This document shows, piece by piece, positions 7,342 through 17,046 of a stretch of DNA of 52,962 nt (position 1 is the stretch's first letter; each line of letters starts with the position of its first letter). The position numbers were made by a program, and so were the translations under genes. The notes under the pieces were generated by a model. It did not search any database, had not been told where the DNA came from, and was given only the letters and a program-made list of their open reading frames with translations. This DNA comes from a virus (Duplodnaviria > Caudoviricetes). The stretch lies in IMG/VR virus record IMGVR_UViG_3300030380_000587, positions 1 to 52,962 of that record; one strand, written 5' to 3'.

Positions 7342-9546
7342 ATGGCAGAACAAGATAATACATTTCTAAGTGCTAATTCTGTTTATGAAGAAGTAGAAGG
7401 CGAATCTGGAGTTAAACTAACTTTAGAAGAAGACCAGCAACGAAACTTAATTGGAATAATTAAAGGTCGTTATGCTCAAGCTGAAGAAGCTAGACAAACA
7501 GATGAGACACGATGGTTAAAAGCTTACGAAAATTATCGAGGCTTGTATAATCGTTCTGTTAAGTTTAGAGAATCTGAAAAGTCTCGAATCTTTGTAAAGA
7601 TAACTAAAACAAAAGTACTTGCTGCTTTTGGTCAATTAGTAGATGTTATCTTTGGAACTGGTAAGTTTCCAATCGGAGTACAGGAAACTAAAATACCAGA
7701 AGGTGAAACGGATTATGCTCATCTAGATATAAACAATCCTACACCTAGCTTAGAAACTTCTGAACCTGAAATGGATGTCAACGGTAACTCTGTTGATTAT
7801 GTAAGTCCATATGATGTTGGTTATGAAGGAGATGGGAAAGCTTTAAAACCCGGAGCTACGTTTTATAACGGTGTATTTCAAGATAGTTTAGAAGACCAAG
7901 CTGAAGATGCTGGTATATTATCAGATGGTGCAAGTCCAGACCCTCAAGCAATAGAATTATCTCCTGCACAAAGAGCTGCAAGGAGAATGGAAAAATTAAT
8001 ACATGACCAAATTGAAGAATCAAACGGGTCATCAGAAATAAGAAATGCTCTTTTAGAATCTTCTTTACTCGGTACAGGGATTGTAAAAGGACCATTTAAT
8101 TTTAATAAAAAACTTCATAAATGGGATGTTGGTGAAAACGGAAATAGAAATTATAATCCATTAGAAGTTAGAGTACCAAGAATTGAATTTGTAAGTTGCT
8201 GGGATTTTTATCCTGACCCAAATGCAACTAATATGGAAGAATGTGAATACGTTATCCATAGACACAAAATGAACAGAAGTCAATTAAGGCAACTAAGACA
8301 CATGCCTTACTTTGATGAAGATGCTATACGTAATGCAATTCAAATGGGTGCTAATTACGTAGAAAAAGATTTTGAATCACAATTAAAAGATGATGTTAGA
8401 GCTGATGAAGAATATAGTTCTAATTTTGAAGTTCTTGAATATTGGGGTATCATGGATGCTGAATATGCAAGAGAAGTTGGAATTGAATTAGATGAGACTG
8501 TAGATGATTTAGATGAAGTACAAGTAAATGTATGGACATGCGGACATTATTTACTTAGAGCTGTAATCAATCCATTTACACCATACCGAATCCCTTATCA
8601 TTCATTCCCATACGAAAGAAACCCATATAACTTTTTTGGTATTGGTATAGCAGAAAATATGGATGATAGTCAACAAATTATGAATGGTCATGCAAGAATG
8701 GCTATTGATAATCTGGCAATGGCTGGTTCATTGGTATTTGATGTAGATGAGTCTGCTTTAGTTGGTGGACAATCTATGGAAATATATCCCGGAAAAATAT
8801 TCCGTAGACAAGCAGGAATGCCGGGACAAGCCATACATGGTTTAAAGTTTCCAAATACAGCTCAAGAAAATTTAATGATGTTTGATAAGTTTAGACAACT
8901 TGCAGACGAACAAACAGGAATACCATCATACTCACACGGACAAACAGGTGTTCAAAGTATGACAAGAACTGCTTCTGGTATGTCAATGTTACTTGGAGCA
9001 GCTAGTTTAAACATTAAAACTGTTGTCAAAAATCTTGATGACTTTTTATTGAAACCATTAGGAGAAGCTTATTTCCAATGGAACATGCAATTCTTAGAAG
9101 ATGATTTGGATGTTAAAGGTGATTTAGAAGTTAGAGCTACTGGTACAAATAGCTTGATGCAGAAAGAAGTACGAAGTCAAAGACTTACTACTTTCTTACA
9201 AACTGCACAAAGTCCTGCTATTGCACCATTTGTTAAAATTTCTAAATTGGTTAGTGAACTTGCTTATAGCTTAGACTTAGACCCTGATGAAATACTCAAT
9301 GACCCTGAAGAAGCAGCTATCATGGCACAAATAATAGGAATGCAAAATGCTGGACAAACAAACAGCCAAGAAGCTCAACCCCTTAGTGAACAGTCCCCAA
9401 TGGGAGGAGTTCAAGGAGTACCTGAAGAACCTCAAGACCTTGGAGTTACAGGGACTGGCGGTGGCAACATCGGAACTGGAAATGTTCCGGTTGCAGGGGA
9501 AAGTGAGTTCTCTGGTGCGGTTGGAGCAACTGGACTTACAAGTTAA
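7342..9546 (+). CDS. Portal protein
   Basis: 734 aa directly after terL; GTGIVKG, WDFYPDP, FFGIGI and RTASGMSML patterns of podovirus portals. Confidence 0.9.
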   Translation: MAEQDNTFLSANSVYEEVEGESGVKLTLEEDQQRNLIGIIKGRYAQAEEARQTDETRWLKAYENYRGLYNRSVKFRESEKSRIFVKITKTKVLAAFGQLVDVIFGTGKFPIGVQETKIPEGETDYAHLDINNPTPSLETSEPEMDVNGNSVDYVSPYDVGYEGDGKALKPGATFYNGVFQDSLEDQAEDAGILSDGASPDPQAIELSPAQRAARRMEKLIHDQIEESNGSSEIRNALLESSLLGTGIVKGPFNFNKKLHKWDVGENGNRNYNPLEVRVPRIEFVSCWDFYPDPNATNMEECEYVIHRHKMNRSQLRQLRHMPYFDEDAIRNAIQMGANYVEKDFESQLKDDVRADEEYSSNFEVLEYWGIMDAEYAREVGIELDETVDDLDEVQVNVWTCGHYLLRAVINPFTPYRIPYHSFPYERNPYNFFGIGIAENMDDSQQIMNGHARMAIDNLAMAGSLVFDVDESALVGGQSMEIYPGKIFRRQAGMPGQAIHGLKFPNTAQENLMMFDKFRQLADEQTGIPSYSHGQTGVQSMTRTASGMSMLLGAASLNIKTVVKNLDDFLLKPLGEAYFQWNMQFLEDDLDVKGDLEVRATGTNSLMQKEVRSQRLTTFLQTAQSPAIAPFVKISKLVSELAYSLDLDPDEILNDPEEAAIMAQIIGMQNAGQTNSQEAQPLSEQSPMGGVQGVPEEPQDLGVTGTGGGNIGTGNVPVAGESEFSGAVGATGLTS

Positions 9547-9580
9547 AGAAGCATTACTGAGGAAAGAAGAGGAAATATAA
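9347..9580 (+). CDS. Small conserved post-portal protein overlapping the portal 3' end
   Basis: 77 aa helical protein with W..F..YL and FRLQG motif typical of the gene following portals; stop overlaps the next ATG. Confidence 0.65.
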   Translation: MLDKQTAKKLNPLVNSPQWEEFKEYLKNLKTLELQGLAVATSELEMFRLQGKVSSLVRLEQLDLQVKEALLRKEEEI

Positions 9581-10563
9581 TGGCAGATAAACAAAGAAGT
9601 ATTTTAGATGATGATACTAAAAAGTATCGTATAATGAAAGCCACAGGTGGTCCAGACGATAGTGGTAAAAATGAAAATGTTCTTGACTCAAGATTACAGT
9701 CTATGGTTGCTAATGAAGTTAAATTTTTACAAGAGTATGGTGACGAATATTTTAACTCTGGAGGTGGTATGTTCTCTAGATTAAAAATGAGTCTTGGAGA
9801 TAGTAACCAAGGTAAAAGATTATTTATTGAAATGCGTAAAGCAAATAATCAAATGGGTGGAGATTACACCAACGAACAATTATTAGACATGGCAAATAAA
9901 GGAATAAAAGATGCTGGTCTAGAATATATTATTTCAAACGATGTACTTCCAAAAGTCAAAAAATCTCATGGTGGTAAACCATTACCTAATGAAGGTTTAA
10001 AAAAATTACATTCAGAAGAGCCTGACCTTGTAGCTAGAATGCTAAAACAAGACGGTGGTATGATGACTTCAGATGATGAAATGGAAGAAGATTACATGCA
10101 ATTTATAATTGACAAAGCATTAACAGAAGAAGAAGAAATGATGCTAATGTCAAGACTAGAACAAGATATGGAGCTATCAATACTATTTGATAAAGTAGTA
10201 GATGTAGCTCAAGAATTTGCTGGGTCTGGTCCTGTTGAAGGTCCGGGTTCAGGAGTCTCTGATTCGATACCTGCTAGGTTATCGGATGGAGAATTTGTCT
10301 TTACTGCAAAAGCTGTAGAAGAAATCGGAAGTGACAATTTAATGTCAATGATGAAAGAAGCTGAAGCTAAAGCAGATGAAAGACAACAAGTTGCTACAGG
10401 CGGATTGCTTGATAGTGGAGAGGAAGAAATTGACGAAAATATTCAACGTCAAACTGTTGTACTTGAAAGGGGCTTTGTTCCTGAAGAGGATGATATGGTA
10501 GACGATGAAATTAAAAAACGTATGATGGACCCATCTACACAATCAAGATATGTTCGTAGCTAA
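9580..10563 (+). CDS. Head-region virion-associated protein
   Basis: 327 aa; GPGSGVSDSIPARLSDGEFV motif; repeated xxGG motifs. Confidence 0.7.
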   Translation: MADKQRSILDDDTKKYRIMKATGGPDDSGKNENVLDSRLQSMVANEVKFLQEYGDEYFNSGGGMFSRLKMSLGDSNQGKRLFIEMRKANNQMGGDYTNEQLLDMANKGIKDAGLEYIISNDVLPKVKKSHGGKPLPNEGLKKLHSEEPDLVARMLKQDGGMMTSDDEMEEDYMQFIIDKALTEEEEMMLMSRLEQDMELSILFDKVVDVAQEFAGSGPVEGPGSGVSDSIPARLSDGEFVFTAKAVEEIGSDNLMSMMKEAEAKADERQQVATGGLLDSGEEEIDENIQRQTVVLERGFVPEEDDMVDDEIKKRMMDPSTQSRYVRS

Positions 10564-10565
10564 AT

Positions 10566-10690
10566 AGTGATAGAGCTACCCTATTAGCGTAGGCACTCTA
10601 TTAAATATAAAACCGAAAGGCGACCTTTACAAGACAAGCCCTATAGTGCACATATAGCTACCTTGTTAATGAAGCCCTGATTAGGAGAAA
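10566..10690 (+). ncRNA. Structured leader upstream of the scaffold gene
   Basis: Stems ATAGAG/CTCTAT, CCTA/TAGG, ACAAG/CTTGT, CTATA/TATAG with repeated GCTACC and AGCCC segments. Confidence 0.5.
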
Positions 10691-10695
10691 AGAAA

Positions 10696-11583
10696 ATGAC
10701 TAATACAGTCCAAAAAGAGGAAAAGCCAAATCCTTATAACGCAAGAAAAGATTGGCACGATAAAGATGATAAACCTTTTGTATCATCTCAAAGTATGTTT
10801 TTTGAAGAACCTTCTGAGAAAAATAAACTTTTTGACAGTAACGATATTAATGATATTGAAGCTGAAGGAAGTGTAAATAGAGAAGAACTGGAAACTAAAA
10901 AGGATACTCCTTATAAAAGACCAGACTACAAAAAACGTTACGATGATTTAAAAAAACATTATGATTCTAAACTTAATGAGTTTAAATCCAGAGAACAAGA
11001 GCTAATAGAAGAAGCTACTAAAAATAGAACTGAATATGTTGCTCCTAAATCTGAAGAAGAACTAGAAGAGTTTAAAAATAATTATCCTGATGTTTATGAA
11101 GTTGTAGAAACTGTTGCACATATGCAATCGGAGTCTAAAGCAAAAGTTCTAGAAGAACGCCTTAGTAAACTCCAAGAACGTGAACAAGAGTTAATACAAC
11201 AAGATGCAGAAAAAAGGTTAGTGGAAAAACATCCTGATTTTGAGGATATTAGAAACAGCGATGATTTCCATGATTGGGCAAAGGAACAACCTAAGTCTAT
11301 TCAAGATTGGATATACTCAAATGTTGACGATGCCGATTTAGCTTCTCGTGCTTTAGATTTATTTAAGCGTGATGTAGGGATAGAAATTCCTAAAACGACT
11401 AAGTCATCTTCTAAACCGACCAAGTCTGCTGCAGATATGGTATCAACTAAAACAACAACAGTTGACCCCAAGCAGGAGAAAATTTGGTCAGAAAGGGAGA
11501 TTGCTGCATTGAGTATGGCAGAATTTGATAAATACGAAAAGGAAATATCAGATGCTATGCAAGAAGGCAGAATCACAAAATAA
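10696..11583 (+). CDS. Capsid scaffolding protein
   Basis: 295 aa acidic coiled coil (YKKRYDDLKKH, HPDF, C-terminal AMQEGRI) immediately before the capsid gene. Confidence 0.8.
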   Translation: MTNTVQKEEKPNPYNARKDWHDKDDKPFVSSQSMFFEEPSEKNKLFDSNDINDIEAEGSVNREELETKKDTPYKRPDYKKRYDDLKKHYDSKLNEFKSREQELIEEATKNRTEYVAPKSEEELEEFKNNYPDVYEVVETVAHMQSESKAKVLEERLSKLQEREQELIQQDAEKRLVEKHPDFEDIRNSDDFHDWAKEQPKSIQDWIYSNVDDADLASRALDLFKRDVGIEIPKTTKSSSKPTKSAADMVSTKTTTVDPKQEKIWSEREIAALSMAEFDKYEKEISDAMQEGRITK

Positions 11584-11610
11584 ACTATATTAACTTAAAG
11601 GAGAAGTATC

Positions 11611-12585
11611 ATGGCTCAATTTTTTGAACCCTCAACCGATACAAATGCTAACTTTGCAAACTCCGTAAGTGGACAAACTAATAGTTTCTTTTTACCTTCG
11701 GTTTACTCTAAAAAGGTTTTAAACTTCTTTAGAAAAGCCTCGGTTGTAGAAGCTATCACCAACACAGATTATGCTGGTGAAATTGCCTCTTTCGGAGACT
11801 CTGTAAAGATTATTAAAGAACCTGTAATTTCTGTGTCAGACTACACAAGAAATACAGACACAACTGAAACTAGACTAACAGACCAAGAAATTACTTTGGT
11901 TGTTGATAGTGCTAAAGCTTTCAAATTCATCGTAGATGATATTGAAACAAATATGTCACATGTCAACTTTAAAGAAGTAGCTTCTAGCTCTGCTGCGTAT
12001 GCTCTTAAAGATTCATACGATGCTGCTGTATTAGCAACTATGTTTAGTGGATGTTCATCTAGCTCACCTGACCATATTATTGGTTCAGATAGTGCAACTG
12101 CTGATGCTACTATGTCTCACGCAACTAATTCTGTAGACCTATTAGGCTCTGACGGAACTGGTGTTGATGCTATTGACCTTATGGCTAGAATGGCTAGATT
12201 ACTAGACGACCAAAATGTACCTGAAGAAGGTAGATGGTTTGTTGCTCCTCCTTCATTCTATGAAGAATTAGCACAGTCTGGTTCTAAACTATTGTCTGTT
12301 GACTTCAACGCAGGTCAAGGTTCAATTAGAAATGGATTAGTGTCAAGTGGTAAGTTAAGAGGATTTGATATGTACAAATCTAATAACATTGCTGCTACAT
12401 CTAATGCTACTGGTAAAGTAATGGCTGGACATATGAGTTCAACTGCTACTGCTAACACTATCCTTTCAACAGAAGTGTTGAGAGACCCAACATCGTTTGG
12501 TGATATTGTTAGAGGTCTTCATGTCTATGGTGCGAAAGTACTTAGAGAAGAAGCTCTTGTTAGTGCATTCTATGTAATTGACTAA
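11611..12585 (+). CDS. Major capsid protein
   Basis: 324 aa; FLPSVYS, ITNTDYAGEI..GDSVKI, VPEEGR, RGLHVYGAKV; strong SD AAGGAG; followed by a terminator. Confidence 0.9.
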   Translation: MAQFFEPSTDTNANFANSVSGQTNSFFLPSVYSKKVLNFFRKASVVEAITNTDYAGEIASFGDSVKIIKEPVISVSDYTRNTDTTETRLTDQEITLVVDSAKAFKFIVDDIETNMSHVNFKEVASSSAAYALKDSYDAAVLATMFSGCSSSSPDHIIGSDSATADATMSHATNSVDLLGSDGTGVDAIDLMARMARLLDDQNVPEEGRWFVAPPSFYEELAQSGSKLLSVDFNAGQGSIRNGLVSSGKLRGFDMYKSNNIAATSNATGKVMAGHMSSTATANTILSTEVLRDPTSFGDIVRGLHVYGAKVLREEALVSAFYVID

Positions 12586-12594
12586 TATCAATTC

Positions 12595-12623
12595 GGGGGA
12601 GTCTTCGGACTCCTCCACTTTTT
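12595..12623 (+). terminator. Rho-independent terminator after the capsid gene
   Basis: GGGGGAGTC-TTCG-GACTCCTCC then ACTTTTT; cUUCGg tetraloop. Confidence 0.9.
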
Positions 12624-12647
12624 AAATTTAATATAAGGAGAATAATT

Positions 12648-12839
12648 ATGCCAATGGGAAAAGGAACATACGGAAGCTCAGTAGGACGACCTTCTAAAAA
12701 AGAAAAAAGAGAAGGAATGATGAAAGGTATGATGCCGGGTATGAAAAAGAAAAAAGACATGATGTATGGTGGTGGAAGAGTTCAATATACAGATGGTGGT
12801 CCAGTAATGGATAATACACCTATGGCTGAACCAAATTAA
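12648..12839 (+). CDS. Small Met/Lys/Gly-rich protein
   Basis: 63 aa, AAGGAG SD; GKGTYGS.VGRP motif. Confidence 0.75.
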   Translation: MPMGKGTYGSSVGRPSKKEKREGMMKGMMPGMKKKKDMMYGGGRVQYTDGGPVMDNTPMAEPN

Positions 12840-12841
12840 TC

Positions 12842-13042
12842 ATGGCTAAAGGTGTAAAACATTATAAAAGAGATGGTACTGAGCATAAAGGCAGTATGCA
12901 TAAAATGCCTAATGGTCAGCTACATACAAATAAATCTCATACTAAAACAAGTGTAAGACTTTTTCATTTTAATGAGCTAAGTAAAACCGCAAAGAAAAAA
13001 GCTAAAGGTAACGCTAAAGGTAAAGCTAAAGGCAAAAAATAA
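12842..13042 (+). CDS. Small basic His-rich protein
   Basis: 66 aa; HKMPNG.LH...H motif. Confidence 0.75.
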   Translation: MAKGVKHYKRDGTEHKGSMHKMPNGQLHTNKSHTKTSVRLFHFNELSKTAKKKAKGNAKGKAKGKK

Positions 13043-13809
13043 TGGCAACAACATATTTAGACATAACTAACGAAATATTAAGAGAATTAAATGAGATTCC
13101 TCTTACATCAGCAAACTTTGCAAGTGCTGTAGGTTTACAACAATTTGTGAAAGATGCAGTTAATAAGTCTATATTTGATATTGCAAACGCTGAACCTCAG
13201 TTACCTTTCTTTGCAGTAGGTGAAAGTGGCTCAACAGACCCGTTCTATGGTAACGTAACTGTTGCTACAACTGCAGGAACAAGATGGTACGAGTTAAAAG
13301 AAAGCAGTTCTAATATTGCAAATGACTACGCTTCTATTGATTGGGATGATTTTTATGTTACCACAATCAATGTAAGTGGAGAAAGTTCACCTTTTGTTTC
13401 TAAAGGTTTAAAATTTTTAACATTAACAGATTGGAAACGTTATTATAGAGACGGTGATAATGCAGATGATGCAGATACACAAAATTATGGAGAACCACAA
13501 TTTGTTATTAAATCTCCAGATTCTAGAAAATTTGGATTAAGTCCAATACCAGACAAAGTTTACAACATACATTTTTATGCATTTGACAAACCTACAAAGT
13601 TAAGTGCACACGGAGATACAGTTGTATTTCCAGAACAATATGTAAATGTTATAACTGCTAGAGTACGATACTATGTATGGCAGTTTAAAGAAAGTGCTCA
13701 ACAAGCAGCTTTTGCTTTAGAAGATTATAAAAAAGAATTAAGACAGATGAAATCTAACTTGATGAATCCTCAACCAAAATATATGACAGACGATAGGAGA
13801 TACTTCTAG
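13042..13809 (+). CDS. Tail tubular protein A / head-tail adaptor
   Basis: 255 aa; TYLDITN.IL..LNE N-terminus, P.PD..Y motif; position after the capsid gene. Confidence 0.75.
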   Translation: MATTYLDITNEILRELNEIPLTSANFASAVGLQQFVKDAVNKSIFDIANAEPQLPFFAVGESGSTDPFYGNVTVATTAGTRWYELKESSSNIANDYASIDWDDFYVTTINVSGESSPFVSKGLKFLTLTDWKRYYRDGDNADDADTQNYGEPQFVIKSPDSRKFGLSPIPDKVYNIHFYAFDKPTKLSAHGDTVVFPEQYVNVITARVRYYVWQFKESAQQAAFALEDYKKELRQMKSNLMNPQPKYMTDDRRYF

Positions 13810-15416
13810 TGGCACAATCGCAACCATATACTGTTGCATGTGCTGGAGGATTAGTTAAATCATCAAACTCAATAGATTTACTTAAAAGCCCCGGTTCAGC
13901 AAGAGACCTAAAAAACTTTGAAGTATCTATTGAAGGTGGTTATAGACGAATCAATGGTTTTGCAAAGTTTGGTACAACAAATGCTACAAGACCTACAGGA
14001 AGTGCAACTACTATACTTGGAACATTTCCATATGCTGATGGAGTAATTATTACAGCAGATACTGGAATATTTTTTAGTAACGATGGACAAAACTGGTTAA
14101 ACATAGGTAGAGCTTCTGTCGCTAGTAGTGGAGATAACCATACAGCTTTTACAGGTAGAAGCACACTTACAAGAACAGGACAAGGACAATGTCAATTTAC
14201 ATTGTTTGATGGAGCTACATTTGATTATGGTCAAGTTATTATAGCAGATGGAGCAAACAAACCTTATAGTTTTAGAATGGAAGGTACTGGTGCTTTAGAT
14301 AGTAGAACTTTCTTTGCAGAAGAAATTACTGTAACTGGAACTAAAGGTGTTAAATATGTTACAGTAAATGATAAACACTTAATTGCAGCAGGAGTAGAAG
14401 ACAATTTAAGTACAGTTTATTTTAGTGGAACTTTAGACCCAACAGACTTTAGTAGTACAGGGTCAGGTGCAGTTGTTTTAGAAGACCAAATAGAAGGCAT
14501 TAAAGGTTTCCGTAATGAGTTATTTATATTTTGTACCAATAGTATATTTAAACTTATAAATATAAATGATTCAAGTAACATTGCAATAGTACCAGTCACA
14601 AAAAACGTAGGTTGTTTAAGTGGCTACAGTATTCAAGAGATTGGTGGTGACTTAATATTTTTAGCACCAGATGGATTGAGAACAGTTGCAGGTACAGCAA
14701 GAATTGGTGACGTTGAATTAGGAACTGTAAGTAAAGCTATACAACCTTTAGTAACTGATATAGCTACAAACATTAATACATTTATTATTAATAGTACAGT
14801 TATTAGAGAAAAGTCACAGTATAGATTATTCTATACAAACACAAGTTTTTCAAATAATGTTCAACGAGGAATTATTGGAACATTAAGACCAGATGGATTT
14901 CAATGGTCAGAAACTAGAGGAATAGAAGTAACAGCAATTAACTCTGGTTTTGATAGTAATAATATTGAAAGATATTATCACGGAGATACAGATGGATATA
15001 TATATACACACGATACAGGAAATGATTTTGATGGTGGTACAATCCTAGCAAGATACGAAACACCTGACTATGATTATGGTGATTTAGGAACTTTAAAAAC
15101 TTTACATTACCTAAAAGTATCTTGTGGTACAGAAGGACAAGTAGAGCCTGATGTACAAGTTAGATTTAATTATGGTGATACAAATACAGCACAACCTCCT
15201 ACATTATTTGATTTAGGAGTTATTAATCCACCATCTAAATTTGGTGATGCTGTATTTAACTTAAACACCTTTGGTGGTGGTGAGAATCCACTTATAAGAG
15301 TACCACTATTAGGTAGTGGACACAGTAACAATTTTACATTTATTAGTGAGGACACCAAAGCCCCTTACACAATTAATGGTTTATACGTAGACTATATACC
15401 TTCAGGCAGGAGATAA
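13809..15416 (+). CDS. Tail tubular protein B / nozzle
   Basis: 535 aa beta-rich; GGL, GGYRRI.G, GC...SIQEIGGDLIFLAPDGLR; GTG start. Confidence 0.75.
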   Translation: MAQSQPYTVACAGGLVKSSNSIDLLKSPGSARDLKNFEVSIEGGYRRINGFAKFGTTNATRPTGSATTILGTFPYADGVIITADTGIFFSNDGQNWLNIGRASVASSGDNHTAFTGRSTLTRTGQGQCQFTLFDGATFDYGQVIIADGANKPYSFRMEGTGALDSRTFFAEEITVTGTKGVKYVTVNDKHLIAAGVEDNLSTVYFSGTLDPTDFSSTGSGAVVLEDQIEGIKGFRNELFIFCTNSIFKLININDSSNIAIVPVTKNVGCLSGYSIQEIGGDLIFLAPDGLRTVAGTARIGDVELGTVSKAIQPLVTDIATNINTFIINSTVIREKSQYRLFYTNTSFSNNVQRGIIGTLRPDGFQWSETRGIEVTAINSGFDSNNIERYYHGDTDGYIYTHDTGNDFDGGTILARYETPDYDYGDLGTLKTLHYLKVSCGTEGQVEPDVQVRFNYGDTNTAQPPTLFDLGVINPPSKFGDAVFNLNTFGGGENPLIRVPLLGSGHSNNFTFISEDTKAPYTINGLYVDYIPSGRR

Positions 15417-15419
15417 CAA

Positions 15420-16622
15420 ATGGCAATAACAAAAGTTTCACCGGGATTACTAGATTTAGATTCTGGTATAACTATTAGTACAGCAGATAATACTAGCCAA
15501 TTAATTTTAACAAGTACTGACGCTGATTCATCTGCAGGACCTGTATTAGAGCTTTTTAGAAACTCTGGAAGCCCTGCCGATAATGATGCAACAGGACTTA
15601 TTTATTTTTATGGTGAAAATGACAATGATGAAAAGATAGCTTATGGTCAAATCTATACTCAAGTAAAAGATGCTTCAGATGGAACTGAAGATGGTTCGAT
15701 GTCGTTCTATACTATGAAAGCTGGAACAAGTACAGAAACTTTGAATTTGACTTCAGGTAAGGTTGGTATAGGAACTGCGAGTCCATCTTCAATACTACAT
15801 ATAGAAGGTGATACAAATTCATATGCATCAGCACCAGTTTTATATTTTGGTAGCACAAGCACAGCTAATGCAGCAATAAGAGACTGGGCAATAGGACCTG
15901 CTGATGATTCATATGGTAATTTTCATATCTTTAGAGGAACAAGCACAGGCTCAGACCCTATTAGTAACGATGGTAGAGTTTTTACTATAGCGAGTGCTGG
16001 AGGAGTTAGAATAGGAGATAGTGTTGGCACAGGTTATGCACTAACTGCTGATATAGGAACTGAATATGGTGCTATTATTCAAACAACAGAATCTACACCT
16101 TCAGCTAATCCAGCTTTTTGGGTGAGGGTAGATGATGATGGTTCAGTTGAAGAATTATTTAGAGTTCAAAACAATGGTTTAGTTAGAGCAAAAAATGGAA
16201 TACATTTTGGTACTGACACAGCAGCAGCTACCGCACTTGATGACTACGAAGAAGGTACAGCAACTCTTACAATGAGTGCTATAACAGCAGCTCCTACAAT
16301 AACTGAAGGTAATACATTTACTATTAACTATACAAAAATAGGAAACCTTGTAAGGTTTGTAGGTTATAGTTCAGCTAGAAATATTACAAATGTAGGAACA
16401 GGGGGAGCTAAATTTACTGGTTTACCTTTTGCTCAAGCTGGTGCTTATTATGGTCATGTAACTTTTGCCCATACTACAGCATTTGCATCAGATGTTGCAG
16501 TTGGATATATTGAAAATGGAAACACATATTTTTATCCAATTACACTAAGTTCAACAAGTGCTGCAAATTATCAAACAGGACAAAGATACGTAATGGTGCA
16601 AGGTGTTTATCATGTGGCATAA
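15420..16622 (+). CDS. Tail fibre / receptor-binding protein 1
   Basis: 400 aa; GKVGIGT.SP...LH repeat; LDDYEEGT...YTKIGNLV tip domain. Confidence 0.8.
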   Translation: MAITKVSPGLLDLDSGITISTADNTSQLILTSTDADSSAGPVLELFRNSGSPADNDATGLIYFYGENDNDEKIAYGQIYTQVKDASDGTEDGSMSFYTMKAGTSTETLNLTSGKVGIGTASPSSILHIEGDTNSYASAPVLYFGSTSTANAAIRDWAIGPADDSYGNFHIFRGTSTGSDPISNDGRVFTIASAGGVRIGDSVGTGYALTADIGTEYGAIIQTTESTPSANPAFWVRVDDDGSVEELFRVQNNGLVRAKNGIHFGTDTAAATALDDYEEGTATLTMSAITAAPTITEGNTFTINYTKIGNLVRFVGYSSARNITNVGTGGAKFTGLPFAQAGAYYGHVTFAHTTAFASDVAVGYIENGNTYFYPITLSSTSAANYQTGQRYVMVQGVYHVA

Positions 16623-16641
16623 CAAAAACAGATTTTAACGA

Positions 16642-16710
16642 ACACGAAAGTGTAAACCGAGTACGAAAGTACTCACATTTATAAACCTTATATCTAGTGG
16701 ATGCTAGATA
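16642..16710 (+). other. Three-hairpin intergenic element
   Basis: ACAC-GAAA-GTGT, GAGTAC-GAAA-GTACTC, TATCTAGT-GGAT-GCTAGATA. Confidence 0.7.
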
Positions 16711-16728
16711 CAGACCGGAGAAAATAAA

Positions 16729-17025
16729 ATGGCAATAACAAAAGAAATAGTAGAAGATAAGATTGAAGTTGTAGGAGACTACAAAGCAATCCAAATTCGT
16801 GAAGCGACTGTTATCAAAGAAGATGACAAAGAGCTTACAAGGTCTTTCCATAGGAAAGTACTTGAGTGCGTATCATCTGTAAAAAATGAAGATGACTCTT
16901 GGACACATACAGATACAGACGTATCAGGTGAGTCTGATGAAGTGAAAGGCATTTGTGCAGCAGTATGGACTACTACAGTTAAGAACGCTAAGAAAGCTGC
17001 TAACGAAGCTAACAGCCCTAGCTAA
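16729..17025 (+). CDS. Tail-fibre-associated small protein (putative chaperone)
   Basis: 98 aa; DKIEVV...QIR.A..I..D...SFHR...VWT family that commonly follows DYEEG-type fibres. Confidence 0.65.
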   Translation: MAITKEIVEDKIEVVGDYKAIQIREATVIKEDDKELTRSFHRKVLECVSSVKNEDDSWTHTDTDVSGESDEVKGICAAVWTTTVKNAKKAANEANSPS

Positions 17026-17046
17026 ATTAAAAAGGAGAAATAGATT

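Noticed and set aside
16500-16710. Diversity-generating retroelement target (fibre tip plus hairpin)
   Set aside because: No reverse transcriptase and no template repeat differing at adenines were found in the window.
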